A stretch of 64,000 bases of DNA from an uncultured delta proteobacterium (GTDB lineage: Bacteria; Myxococcota_A; Polyangia; Polyangiales; Polyangiaceae): NCBI GenBank assembly GCA_963716725.1, contig CAVQUB010000009.1:192001-256000 (forward strand), in the 5' to 3' direction. The notes beneath the pieces were generated by a model that saw nothing but the letters and a program-made list of their open reading frames with translations, was not told the DNA's origin and did no database searches. Position numbers and translations under genes: made by a program. Positions 8,322 through 17,862 of the stretch are shown here, in pieces (the first letter of the stretch is position 1; every line of letters starts with the position of its first letter).

Positions 8322-9455
8322 TCAGCGCTCTTCGTCCGGCGCGTCTGGATCGCCCAGCCAGCCGCGGAGCCGGAAGTAGAGCATCAATCCGAGTCCGAGC
8401 GCCGCCATCGCGCCGATCACGATGAAGTAGCCGTGCCGCCACCTGAGCTCCGGCATGTAGTCGAAGTTCATTCCATACACGCCGACGACGAAGGTGAGCG
8501 GAATGAAGATCGTCGTCACGACCGTGAGCACGCGCATCACGTCGTTGGTGCGGTTCGACATCACGGACATGTAAGTGTTCGTGAGCTCGCTCACGAGTTC
8601 GCGGTAGCTCTCGACCATCTCCACGAGCTGCGCGCAGTGGTCGTAGGTGTCGCGCAGGTAGAGCCGCGCCGAGTCGGTGACCATGGGAACCGGCTCACGG
8701 ATCAGACTCGAGAGCGCCTCTCGCAGCGGCCAAATCGAGCGGCGCACCAAGAGCAACATGCGCTTGACTTCGTGGACTCGCACCAAGAGGTCCGGCTTGG
8801 GACGACGGACGACCTGATCTTCGAGCTCGTCGAGCTGGTCACCGAAGACCTCGAGTAAGGGGTAGTAGCCATCGACGATGGTGTCGATGATGGAGTACGC
8901 CAGGTGGTCGGCGCCCGAGCTGCGGAGCAGCCCGACGTTTTCTCGAAGTCGATGGCGAACCGGATCGAAGAGGTCGCCGTGTTTCTCCTGGAAGGTCAGC
9001 AGATGACCCTTGCCGATGAACGCGCTGACCTGCTCGGTGTGCAGATCGCCCTTGTCGTCGAGGCGCAACATGCCGCAGATGAAGAGCTGCTGTCCCTCGT
9101 AGCTCTCGGTCTTGGGCCGCTGGGGCACGTTGACGACGTCGGCCAGCGCCAGCGGGTGGAGCGCGAACAAGTCACCGATCTGCTGCAGGACCTTCTCGTC
9201 GCCGAGGCCCTGGACGTCGATCCAAGCCACGGCGTGTGCGCTCGAGATCCGCCTCACCTCGGCCACGTCGTCGACGTCGCTCTCGAAGTAGCGTTCGGCG
9301 TCGTACGCGATCACGTGGATGCGCGGCTTGGCTGCCCCCGCCGCGATGGCCAGCGCACCGGGCCGAGCTCCCACCGGCGGGTTGCGCTTGAGGAAGAGCG
9401 ATGCGGCCGTCGCGACGCGACGGAGCGAACGAGGCGCTTCTTCTTCCGTGCTCAC
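8322..9455 (-). CDS. corA: Magnesium/cobalt transporter CorA
   Basis: YGMNF signature, MPEL, two C-terminal TM helices, QRPK. Confidence 0.95.
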   Translation of the reverse strand: MSTEEEAPRSLRRVATAASLFLKRNPPVGARPGALAIAAGAAKPRIHVIAYDAERYFESDVDDVAEVRRISSAHAVAWIDVQGLGDEKVLQQIGDLFALHPLALADVVNVPQRPKTESYEGQQLFICGMLRLDDKGDLHTEQVSAFIGKGHLLTFQEKHGDLFDPVRHRLRENVGLLRSSGADHLAYSIIDTIVDGYYPLLEVFGDQLDELEDQVVRRPKPDLLVRVHEVKRMLLLVRRSIWPLREALSSLIREPVPMVTDSARLYLRDTYDHCAQLVEMVESYRELVSELTNTYMSVMSNRTNDVMRVLTVVTTIFIPLTFVVGVYGMNFDYMPELRWRHGYFIVIGAMAALGLGLMLYFRLRGWLGDPDAPDEER

Positions 9456-9494
9456 CCGACGCTCACTCGCGCGCTCACGCCTCGCACCTTCGAT

Positions 9495-10865
9495 TCAGTT
9501 CTTGGCGCGACCTTTGGGCGAGCGCCAGCGCGGCTTGAGGTGGACCTTCAGCACGTCGCGCAGGAGGCCGATGTGCGCACAGTGATCCATCTTGTCGTTG
9601 CCGTCGTAGCCACGAACGTGAAAGCTGCCCTTCGAGAAGCGGGTATTCAGATCGAGCCCCATTGGGTCGCGTCCGCGGGACTCGGTCTTTCGCGGGCGCC
9701 CGCCCAGCTTCTCTATGAGGAAATTGGCGGTCTCGGTGGTCGAGGCGTAGCCCGGCGGGATGATCGACGAGTGGCTCACGAACATCAGCTTCTGGCGCGC
9801 CGCGGCGCTCTTCGCGAAGTCGACGAAGGGCCGGAGCTGCAGCTCGTTGAGTGAGTCTCCGCTGTAGCCGCTGTGCAGGCCGTCCAGGAGAATCACGGTG
9901 TCGACGAGCTTCTTCGCGAGCTCTTGCTGGAGGATCTCGCCGACCGCTCCGTAGCCCGCGCTCCAGGCCGAGAGCCCAACGTTCCGCACGTGGGCGTTCT
10001 TCTTGCCGGTCTTCGCGGCCATGGCCTTCTCGACGCTGTCGACGAGCTTCTTGAAGGCTTCGGGAGAGGCAAACGCCGACGCATAGGGTCCGGAACCGAT
10101 GCCGAGGTCGATCCCGACCAGCACCGCGCCGTCCATGACCTGGACCCACTCCTTGCGCACGGGCTCGTGCCCGTGGAAGTGGAACATCACGTCGAACCCG
10201 CCGTTCGAGGCGATCCCGCCTTTGCCCGCCGAGATCATCTGACCCATCGACGGCGCCCGGCTCCACTTGTCGTAGACGCCGTAGCCCTTGTCCGGGGTGT
10301 TGCAGGGGTTGACCCCGCGCTCTTCAGCGGACTTCTGAGTTTGGGTATCTCCCGAGGGCTTGCGGACGACCCAAGCGGCCGCGCGAGTGTCGGCGAGCTC
10401 CGCCTTGGCGAGCGCCTTGGGTTCCGCGGCCTTCTTCTTCGCGGCGGCCTGGGCTTCATCGGACTTCTCCGCCTGCGCCTTTGCGATCGCCTCGCCGCGT
10501 TTGTCGGCCTTGGTCTGCTTGCCGGCCTTGGTCTGCTTGTCGGCCTTGGCCTGCTTGTCGGCCTTGGTCTGCTTGTCGGCCTTGGTCTGCTTGTCGGCCT
10601 TGGCCTGCTTGTCGGCCTTGGCCTGCTTGTCGGCCTTGCGCTTCTTGTCGGCCTTGCGCTTCTTGTCGGCCTTGCGCTTCTTGTCGGCCTTGGCCTGCTT
10701 GTCGGCCTCGGCGCTCTTGTCCGTCTTCGACTGCTGGTGAGCCTTGGCGCCGATGTTGGTCGGGACGGCGCCCGTGGCCGCAATCGCGGGGAGCGTGAGA
10801 CCGAGACCCAGCGACAACGCGACTGCGCTGACCGCCCGTCGGAATCTGGCTCCAGTGATGATCAT
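9495..10865 (-). CDS. Secreted protein with Lys/Ala-rich repeat stalk and alpha/beta-hydrolase-like domain
   Basis: Signal peptide; ADKxxK repeats; FHFHG, LSAWSAGY nucleophile elbow, LLDG and a late His (MDHCAH). Start uncertain. Confidence 0.75.
   Translation of the reverse strand: MIITGARFRRAVSAVALSLGLGLTLPAIAATGAVPTNIGAKAHQQSKTDKSAEADKQAKADKKRKADKKRKADKKRKADKQAKADKQAKADKQTKADKQTKADKQAKADKQTKAGKQTKADKRGEAIAKAQAEKSDEAQAAAKKKAAEPKALAKAELADTRAAAWVVRKPSGDTQTQKSAEERGVNPCNTPDKGYGVYDKWSRAPSMGQMISAGKGGIASNGGFDVMFHFHGHEPVRKEWVQVMDGAVLVGIDLGIGSGPYASAFASPEAFKKLVDSVEKAMAAKTGKKNAHVRNVGLSAWSAGYGAVGEILQQELAKKLVDTVILLDGLHSGYSGDSLNELQLRPFVDFAKSAAARQKLMFVSHSSIIPPGYASTTETANFLIEKLGGRPRKTESRGRDPMGLDLNTRFSKGSFHVRGYDGNDKMDHCAHIGLLRDVLKVHLKPRWRSPKGRAKN
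10500..10708 (-). repeat. 18-bp coding tandem repeat, about 11 copies (ADKQAK/ADKKRK/ADKQTK)
   Basis: CTTGTCGGCCTTGGNCTG-type units on the + strand. Confidence 0.95.
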
Positions 10866-11016
10866 GGGTGGGCCCACCGTGGCGCACGAACCCGTTATTT
10901 TCAACTTAGTGGCTACGATTTCCGGCGACTGAACGGCCCTCGCGCGGAAACCCACTGGATCTCGCGGCCTTCACCCGACTTGACCAAACGCTCAGGGGTT
11001 CGGGACACTCACGGTC

Positions 11017-11907
11017 ATGCGCCGCTCGACGAGGTGGGTCGGAGCCGTCCGCCGATGGGAGTTTTCACTACTCGTCGCAGCGTGGGCGGCGCTCGGTTGC
11101 GCGCGCCCAGCCGCGCCCCTGCCGCCCTCGCCTTCACCGGCGGTCGCGACCGCCTCGAGCCCGGCGAGTCCTTTCGAGCGCGAAGCCGAGCCCGCGAACG
11201 CTTGCCCCAAGGCGATGGTCTCGATCCCGAGCGGCACGCTCTGGCTCGGTTCCCCAGCGGGCCGCGGCGAAGCCAATGAGCGACCCGAAGCGAAGGTCGA
11301 CATCGGCGAGTACTGTCTGAGCCAGCGCGAGGTGAGCGTCGCACAATACCAGGCCTGCGCGTCGAACAAGGCCTGCGAGGCGCTGCCAACGGAGGTGCGC
11401 TTACTCTCGCCGCTGCCCGAGGCGGAGCACAAGGCGCAGAGTGCCCACTGCAGCGCGAACCTCACGGACAACGCGGATCTGCCTGCGAGCTGCGTGGGCT
11501 TCGAGGACGCGAGCCGGTACTGTGCCTGGAAAGGGCTGCGCCTTCCGACCGAAGCGGAGTGGGAATGGGCGGCGACGGGCGGTGACGACAAGCTCGCGTG
11601 GCCTTGGGGCAACGCGCTGCCTTCGGACGAGAACACGTGCTGGAACCGCCGCTCACCCTGTCGGGTCGGGAGCCGAGCCGCCGGCGCCTTTGGGCTTCAC
11701 GATCTGGCGGGCGGCGTCAGCGAGTGGACGAACAGCGCCTACGGCCCCTACGGCGGCACGGCGAACGACCCGAAGGAGAAGGTCGTGCGCGGGGGCAGTT
11801 GGGAGAGCGTGAAGCCCGATGCCCTGCGACCTGAGAAGCGCGCCTCGATGCCCGCGGGCTACCGCGACGTAACGCTGGGATTCCGCTGCGCGAAGGACCG
11901 CCGATGA
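11017..11907 (+). CDS. Formylglycine-generating enzyme (SUMF1)-domain lipoprotein
   Basis: RLPTEAEWEWAA, FGLHDLAGGVSEW, RGGSW, GFRCA; lipobox ALGC. Confidence 0.92.
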   Translation: MRRSTRWVGAVRRWEFSLLVAAWAALGCARPAAPLPPSPSPAVATASSPASPFEREAEPANACPKAMVSIPSGTLWLGSPAGRGEANERPEAKVDIGEYCLSQREVSVAQYQACASNKACEALPTEVRLLSPLPEAEHKAQSAHCSANLTDNADLPASCVGFEDASRYCAWKGLRLPTEAEWEWAATGGDDKLAWPWGNALPSDENTCWNRRSPCRVGSRAAGAFGLHDLAGGVSEWTNSAYGPYGGTANDPKEKVVRGGSWESVKPDALRPEKRASMPAGYRDVTLGFRCAKDRR

Positions 11908-12161
11908 CCGCCGTTGTGCTGCGCATCGAGCCCGATCTGTGCGGACCGGTCAGCGTCGGAACGGTGGCCGTGATCAGAGTGCTCGAGCGATCGCTCCGCC
12001 TCGCGCTGCCGGACGCCCTCAGCGTGGTGAATCGCGCGGTGTTCGACGGAGAGACCGTGCGCGTCCCCGCGCCGTCCGAGCGTGCCGCCGCGGAGTGTGT
12101 CGATTTGCTCGCAGACGTCCCGGCAAGCGCGCGAGTCAGGGCATGGGTCGAACCCGGATGA
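11904..12161 (+). CDS. Small hypothetical protein
   Basis: ATGA overlap with the upstream stop; 85 aa with plausible composition. Confidence 0.6.
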   Translation: MTAVVLRIEPDLCGPVSVGTVAVIRVLERSLRLALPDALSVVNRAVFDGETVRVPAPSERAAAECVDLLADVPASARVRAWVEPG

Positions 12162-12192
12162 CGGCACCGCGCTCGAAGCGCTAGAGTTCGGC

Positions 12193-13500
12193 GTGCACGC
12201 AAGAGCCCTCCCCGGTCTGCTCGGTTTGTGTCTGTTGGGCGTCCCGACGGCAGCCCGCGGCGACGCCATCGACGATCTGAAACCCGGCACCTGGTACGAG
12301 GTGCCGAGCTCCAAGTTGCGCGGCGTCTGTCCACCGGACTCGGCCAGCTACGAGTTCAGCTTCTACTGCAAGGGCGTGATGTCCGCGTGGAGCGGCGCCG
12401 CCCTCGACACCTCCCGCGGGCGGCTGGTGGTCTGGGGCGGCGGGCACGGCGACTACAAAGGCAACGAGGTCTATGCCTTCGATCTGACCGCCCTCGCCTG
12501 GTCGCGCCTCTGGGGGCCGACGCCCGACGCGCAGATCCCCTCCGGAGGAACCCACGAGCAGTACGACGACGGCAACCCCGGCTCGCGTCACACCTACTCG
12601 GGGCTCGCCTATCTTCCGCCGCCGACGGACGCGCTGCTCTCCTTCGGCGGCTCGCTGTGGCAGAGCGGGTTCTACGGGAAGGGCGTGTGGAGCTTCTCCT
12701 TCGACGCCGGCAAATGGACGCGCAAAGCCGACGGCGCGGGTGAGCAAGGCTACGGAGATCCGGTCGTCTACGATCCGAAGAGCGGCCACGTCTTCCGTCG
12801 CGCCAACTCGCGCATGTTCGAATACGACCCGTCGGCAGACACCCACACGCCGCGCGCCGAGTCGAACGGAGGCTTCTGGGCCGCCAACGTGTCGGCAGCG
12901 TTGGATCCGGACGCGCGCTTGATGGTGATCGTTGGTGAAAAGCGGGTCGACCTCTACCACCTCGACACGGACACGTACGAGCAGGACGTGACCCTCAGCG
13001 GCGCCACGGTCTTGGATCTGTTCGGCGGCGCAGCGCCGGGCATCGACTACGACACGAACCTGAAGCAGTTCGTGCTCTGGGGCGGCGGCGCGACGGTATA
13101 TTCCTTCGATCCAAGCAAGAAGGTCTTCGAGCAACACGACGTCGCCGGCGCGACACCGAGCCAGGTGACGGCGAGCGGCGGCGTGTTCGGTCGGTTCCGC
13201 TACGTGCCCACGCGCAATGTCTTTGTCGCAGTCAACAGCGTCGATGAGAGCGTGTTCGTGCTGCGCATGGCGCCGGGAACCGGCACGCCGCCACCGATCC
13301 CCGACGCGGGGGCGGGCGGCTCCGGCAGCGGCGGCGGCAGCAGCAGCGGCGGCAGCAACGGCTCCGGCAAGAACGACGACGCGGCCGACGACTCGGGCTG
13401 CGGGTGCTCGCTGCCCCAGGGCCGCGGGCGCTGGGAACTCGCCCTGGTCGGAGCGCTGCTCGCCATTGCCGGCGCGCGGCGCGTCCGACGACGGCGCTAG
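12193..13500 (+). CDS. Secreted Kelch-like beta-propeller protein with MYXO-CTERM tail
   Basis: VWGGGHGDY..NEVY.FD, SRHTY, FGG repeats; Gly linker, DDSGCGC, TM, RRRR. Start is the GTG at 12193 (inferred). Confidence 0.85.
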   Translation: MHARALPGLLGLCLLGVPTAARGDAIDDLKPGTWYEVPSSKLRGVCPPDSASYEFSFYCKGVMSAWSGAALDTSRGRLVVWGGGHGDYKGNEVYAFDLTALAWSRLWGPTPDAQIPSGGTHEQYDDGNPGSRHTYSGLAYLPPPTDALLSFGGSLWQSGFYGKGVWSFSFDAGKWTRKADGAGEQGYGDPVVYDPKSGHVFRRANSRMFEYDPSADTHTPRAESNGGFWAANVSAALDPDARLMVIVGEKRVDLYHLDTDTYEQDVTLSGATVLDLFGGAAPGIDYDTNLKQFVLWGGGATVYSFDPSKKVFEQHDVAGATPSQVTASGGVFGRFRYVPTRNVFVAVNSVDESVFVLRMAPGTGTPPPIPDAGAGGSGSGGGSSSGGSNGSGKNDDAADDSGCGCSLPQGRGRWELALVGALLAIAGARRVRRRR

Positions 13501-13527
13501 GGGGGGGAGCCGTCAACAGCAGCGCCT

Positions 13528-13559
13528 GGCGGCCGCCACCGGCGAAGGCGGCGGTCGCC
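13528..13559. other. GC-rich intergenic hairpin (possible terminator or stabiliser)
   Basis: GGCGGCCGCC...GGCGGTCGCC arms pair with one G-U; no U-tract. Confidence 0.4.
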
Positions 13560-13632
13560 GGCTCGGTGCGATCGAAGAATCGCGCGGGATCCGGCCTGGG
13601 CATTGGGCACGTCGGTTGCTCTCTCGGGCCCC

Positions 13633-14568
13633 ATGCCCTCCCAGCTGCACGAGGCCTTGGTCGAACTCTTTCGCGAGCGACCGATGCTCGCGCCGGAGTT
13701 GCTCCGCGCCGTGTTCGGCATCGCGCTGCCAGCAGCAGACCGCGCCGAGGTCGTCGCGGCCAGCTTCGGCGAGGTGCGACCGCCGGAGTATTCGGCGGAT
13801 CTCGTGCTGCACGTCGGGGCGGGCGCTCACCGCGTTGCGGTCATCCTCGAAGTACAACTCGACGCGGACGAAGCCGCTCGACAGTCCAAGCGCAGCGCAT
13901 GGCCACGATACACCGTGTGGCAATGGGCCAACGGTCGGGCACCGACCTACCTCGTCGTGGTCACGCCGAGTCAGCGCGTGGAACGGTGGGCGGCGCAGCC
14001 GATCGTGCTAGGTCATCCCGGATTCGCGCTATTGCCGCTGGTGCTCGGTCCGTCGAACGTCCCGGCACTCGTCAACCGCGAGGCGGCGCTGGCCAGCCCC
14101 GAGTTGGCCGTGCTCTCCGCCGTGGTGCACGGGCATGGCTCGGCGGCGGTTGAGGTTGGCAAGCTTGCTATCGAGGCTGCGCTGGCAATCGAGCCGGACA
14201 GGCGTAAGCTTTACGTAGATGTGGTGCTCGCTGCTCTGAAGGCAGGCGCGCGGAGAGAAGTCGAGGAAAGCATGCTCCAGAACTACGAGTACCAGAGCGA
14301 ATACGCCAAGCGATACGTCCAACAAGGGCGCGAGGAAGGCAAAGCTGAAGGCAAAGCTGAAGGCAAAGCTGAAGGCAAAGCTGAAGGCAAAGCTGAAGGC
14401 AAAGCTGAAGGCAAAGCTGAAGACATCTTGCGCGTGCTCGAAGTGCGGGGGCTTCAAGTGACCGAAGCCATCGCGAATCAAGTCCTTGCATGCCGCGATC
14501 TGACGACGCTCGACGCCTGGCTCCTGCGCGCCGTCACGGCGACGACGCTGGACGCGGTATTCGCGTAG
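13633..14568 (+). CDS. Rpn-like PD-(D/E)XK nuclease / putative transposase-family protein
   Basis: ADLVL...ILEVQ catalytic pattern; YEYQSEYAKRY, (EGKA)7 linker and C-terminal IL..RGL...LDAWL..AVTA helical domain. Confidence 0.85.
   Translation: MPSQLHEALVELFRERPMLAPELLRAVFGIALPAADRAEVVAASFGEVRPPEYSADLVLHVGAGAHRVAVILEVQLDADEAARQSKRSAWPRYTVWQWANGRAPTYLVVVTPSQRVERWAAQPIVLGHPGFALLPLVLGPSNVPALVNREAALASPELAVLSAVVHGHGSAAVEVGKLAIEAALAIEPDRRKLYVDVVLAALKAGARREVEESMLQNYEYQSEYAKRYVQQGREEGKAEGKAEGKAEGKAEGKAEGKAEGKAEDILRVLEVRGLQVTEAIANQVLACRDLTTLDAWLLRAVTATTLDAVFA
14335..14422 (+). repeat. Perfect 12-bp tandem repeat GAAGGCAAAGCT x7
   Basis: Seven identical units plus GAAG, read directly. Confidence 0.98.
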
Positions 14569-14606
14569 TTCGGTCGAGTTTGCGTCGCCGTCGCCCCAGG
14601 CGCGGC

Positions 14607-15665
14607 CTAGGTCGTAGCTCTGGGCTCTTGCTGGGTGCTGCAATGGAGCGTGCCGAGTCCCAACACGAGATCGCGGCAGTGGACGCCGACGACCTGCCGC
14701 TTGGGGAACTGCTCTTGCAAGATGCCGAGAGCGCGCGCGTCGTTCGGATCGTTGAAAGTCGGAACCAGCACCACACCGTTGGCGACGTAGAAGTTCGCGT
14801 AGCTCGCGGGCAGGCGTTGCCGGGCAAAGACCACGGGCTCAGGCATCGGCAAGGGGACAACCTCGACCCTGCGGCCCTTGGCGTCCGTGGCGCCGCGCAG
14901 GCGCGACGCCGCGCGCGCGAGAATCGGATGGTTTGGATCCTGTCGGTTCTTCTCTTGGCAGAGCACGATGCGCCCGGGCCCAACGAAGCGCGCGAAGTCG
15001 TCGATGTGACCGCTGGTGTCGTCGCCTTCGATCCCAGCGGGCAGCCACAAGACCTTCGTGACGCCGAGCTCGTCGCTGAAGACGCTCTCGGTGCCTTCGC
15101 GCCCCAGCGCTCGATTGCGCGCGCGCGGACCCGTGAGCAGACATTGCTCGGTGGCGAGCAAGGTGCCCTCGCCGTCTACGTCGATGGCGCCGCCTTCGAG
15201 CACCACGCGCGCGGTCTTGCCGCGTCGAATGTAGCTCGGGCGCGACACGCTCTTGGCGTGGCGCTCCGCGATGCCCTCCCCGGCCCGATCATCTCGCTGC
15301 CAGTCCGGGTAGCGCGCCCACCCGTTGAACTGCCACTTGACCGCCGAGACGCCGCGCCGGCGAGCGACCACGAAGGTCGGCAAGAAGTCTCGGGTCCAAG
15401 AGCGATCGGTCTCCGCGACGAAGAAGTCGATCTGGGCAAGGTCGACGCCTTCGCGGGCCAGCTTCCGCCTGCAAGCGGCGCGCTCGACGCGGTTGGCGAC
15501 GATGAAACGCACGCGCTCGCGCTCGTGGAGCAGGCGGGCCATCTCCACGAACACCCACTCGACCATCAGCCCCTTGCCGGGCCAGTCGGACTCGTTGTGG
15601 GGCCAGGCGAGCCAGGTCGCGGCGTGCGGCTCCCACTCGGCCGGCATGCGGAAGCCGGCGGTCAT
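14607..15665 (-). CDS. aguA: Agmatine deiminase
   Basis: MPAEWEPH, WTRD, LEGGAIDVDGEG, DDTSGHIDD, ASYANF, GTLHCSTQQ. Confidence 0.93.
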   Translation of the reverse strand: MTAGFRMPAEWEPHAATWLAWPHNESDWPGKGLMVEWVFVEMARLLHERERVRFIVANRVERAACRRKLAREGVDLAQIDFFVAETDRSWTRDFLPTFVVARRRGVSAVKWQFNGWARYPDWQRDDRAGEGIAERHAKSVSRPSYIRRGKTARVVLEGGAIDVDGEGTLLATEQCLLTGPRARNRALGREGTESVFSDELGVTKVLWLPAGIEGDDTSGHIDDFARFVGPGRIVLCQEKNRQDPNHPILARAASRLRGATDAKGRRVEVVPLPMPEPVVFARQRLPASYANFYVANGVVLVPTFNDPNDARALGILQEQFPKRQVVGVHCRDLVLGLGTLHCSTQQEPRATT

Positions 15666-16552
15666 CTCGGGCCTTGATCCAGGAAACGTCGCAGCAGGCC
15701 GGCGTAGGCGTCGATGCGGCGATCCCGGAGGAAAGGCCAGCCGCGCCGTTGCTCCTCGATGCGCCCGAGGTCGAGCTCGACCACGAGGGTCTCCTCGCCG
15801 GCGCCGGCCTCGGCGAGGACCACGCCGGCCGGATCACACACGAACGAGTGGCCCCAAAACTCGAGCCCGGCGCCCTCGGGGCCTTCGTGTCCGACGCGAT
15901 TGACGGCCACGACGAACACGCCGTTGGCGATGGCGTGGCTCTTCTGCATGGTCTGCCAGGCCGCGAGCTGCGCGGCGCCGTGGCTGGCCTTCTCGCCGGG
16001 ATGCCAAGCGATCGCCGTCGGGTAAAACAGGATCTCCGCCCCGGCGAGCGCCGTCAGCCGTGCGCCCTCTGGGTACCACTGATCCCAACACACCAGCGGG
16101 CCGACCTTGGCAAAGGGTGTGTCGACGCTGATGAAGCCGAGGTCACCGGGCGTGAAGTAGAACTTCTCGAAGAAGAGCGGGTCGTCGGGGATGTGCATCT
16201 TGCGATACACACCGAGCTCTTCGCCCTTTGGCCCGATGACCACGGTCGTGTTGTGATACAGGCCCGGCGCGCGGCGCTCGAACATGCTGGTGAGCACCAC
16301 CACGCCGAGTTCGCTTGCCAGCGCGGCCACAGCCTGGGTCGTAGCGCCGGGGTTCGGCTCCGCGAGATCGAAGAGCGCTGCGTCCTCGACTTGACAGAAA
16401 TACGGAGACGCGAACAGCTCTTGGAGACAGACTATCTTCGCCCCACGGCCCGCTGCGTCGCGCACGCCCGCCAGCGCCTTGTTCAGGTTGGCCTGCTTGT
16501 CTGCGACGGTCGACATCTGCACGAGGCCGACCTTCACCACTTGATTCGCCAT
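15662..16552 (-). CDS. aguB: N-carbamoylputrescine amidohydrolase (nitrilase superfamily)
   Basis: QELF, YRKMHIPDDP, CWDQW (E-K-C triad); overlaps the aguA start. Confidence 0.9.
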   Translation of the reverse strand: MANQVVKVGLVQMSTVADKQANLNKALAGVRDAAGRGAKIVCLQELFASPYFCQVEDAALFDLAEPNPGATTQAVAALASELGVVVLTSMFERRAPGLYHNTTVVIGPKGEELGVYRKMHIPDDPLFFEKFYFTPGDLGFISVDTPFAKVGPLVCWDQWYPEGARLTALAGAEILFYPTAIAWHPGEKASHGAAQLAAWQTMQKSHAIANGVFVVAVNRVGHEGPEGAGLEFWGHSFVCDPAGVVLAEAGAGEETLVVELDLGRIEEQRRGWPFLRDRRIDAYAGLLRRFLDQGPR

Positions 16553-16605
16553 GGCGAGCGGACGCTAGCCGAACCCCGCCGGGCGCGGAACCCCGCGCGA
16601 ACTCG

Positions 16606-17709
16606 CTACTTGCAGGCCCCGCTGGGCGCACAGCCACCGGACGCGCAGTTGTCGCTGTAGCAGACCTCGTCGGTGCTGCACTTGCCCCCGAGGTTCTGCC
16701 GTGGACGGCACTGGCCGCCTTCGCAGCGCGTGTCCGCCGCGCACACGTCGTCGTCGAAGAGCTTGCCGCAGGGCTCGCCGGCCTTGGGCCGGGGCGTGCA
16801 AGTGCCATCGATGGCTTTCGCCGCGACCTTGCAGTACTCGCCGGTCGGACAGCCATCGGGGATGGCGATCTTGCAGGCGGCACCGGAAGCAAATCCAGCC
16901 CCGCACTTGGTAGCGATCTTCCCGGTGGCGAAATCGATGCTCTCGACGACGCAGCGCAGATCCGTGGTGCACGCCGGCTTGCCTTCGAACCAGCAGGCGT
17001 CGCCGGACTTGCCCGAGAACCCGTCGGCGAGCGTCTTGCAACTCCCGGGCTTCTTGCCGTCGTTGTCGCTGCCGAGGCAGAACAAACCGGGTTGGCATTC
17101 GGGGGCCGTGCCGCCGCCCTCGCAGGCCTGCCCTTCCGCGGCCGGGGCCACGCACTTGTTGGTGTCCTTCGAGCACTTCAGGGCAGCGGTGCAGTCCGAC
17201 TCCCGCTCGCAGTCAGCGCCCGCGAGGCCCTTCTTGGCGCACTTGCCGGGGCAGGCAGCCTCGACCTTGCAGAGGGTGTCGCCGCCCTTGCACTCGGTGT
17301 TCATCTGGCAGTCGCCACCGACCTCGACCGTGCCGTCCAGCGCCGCCGTGCACTCGGGGGGTTCGCCGTTCAGGCCGCACCCGGATTTCTCGACAGCGCT
17401 CAGGCACGCCTTCACCTTCGACCCGTCGTAGACGACGGTGCCAGCCTCGATTCCCTGCTCGAGACGAGGCAGATCGTCGGAGATGGCTGTCTCGTAGGTC
17501 TTCGCACAGTCTTCACCAGCCGTGAACACCGCGTACAGCGCGCCGTAGCAGCTCTGAGCAGCCTTGCAGGCCGCGCCGGCGTAGAGGCCGGGCAGATCGG
17601 CGAGGGGCACGCTGCTGTCTGCGATGTCACTGTCAGAGTCCCCGCCGCAGGCCGCCAGCAGCGCAGCCACGCCCAAACCCGTACCCAATCGCCGCAGCGC
17701 CATACGCAT
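16606..17709 (-). CDS. Cys-rich lipoprotein
   Basis: GGAGG RBS, lipobox LAAC, many Cys modules; paralog of 45102-46241. Confidence 0.85.
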   Translation of the reverse strand: MRMALRRLGTGLGVAALLAACGGDSDSDIADSSVPLADLPGLYAGAACKAAQSCYGALYAVFTAGEDCAKTYETAISDDLPRLEQGIEAGTVVYDGSKVKACLSAVEKSGCGLNGEPPECTAALDGTVEVGGDCQMNTECKGGDTLCKVEAACPGKCAKKGLAGADCERESDCTAALKCSKDTNKCVAPAAEGQACEGGGTAPECQPGLFCLGSDNDGKKPGSCKTLADGFSGKSGDACWFEGKPACTTDLRCVVESIDFATGKIATKCGAGFASGAACKIAIPDGCPTGEYCKVAAKAIDGTCTPRPKAGEPCGKLFDDDVCAADTRCEGGQCRPRQNLGGKCSTDEVCYSDNCASGGCAPSGACK

Positions 17710-17862
17710 GATCGTTCCTCCCAGCAACTCGTGTGCCAGCGAAGATCGCACACATCGGGCCGAGACTTCCAGGGGGAACGGCCGGCCGTTCACACCCTCG
17801 GCGTGACCGCGCGACGACGATGAGCGTTGCGGAATCCCGGCCGATTCTCTACGACCTCCCGC

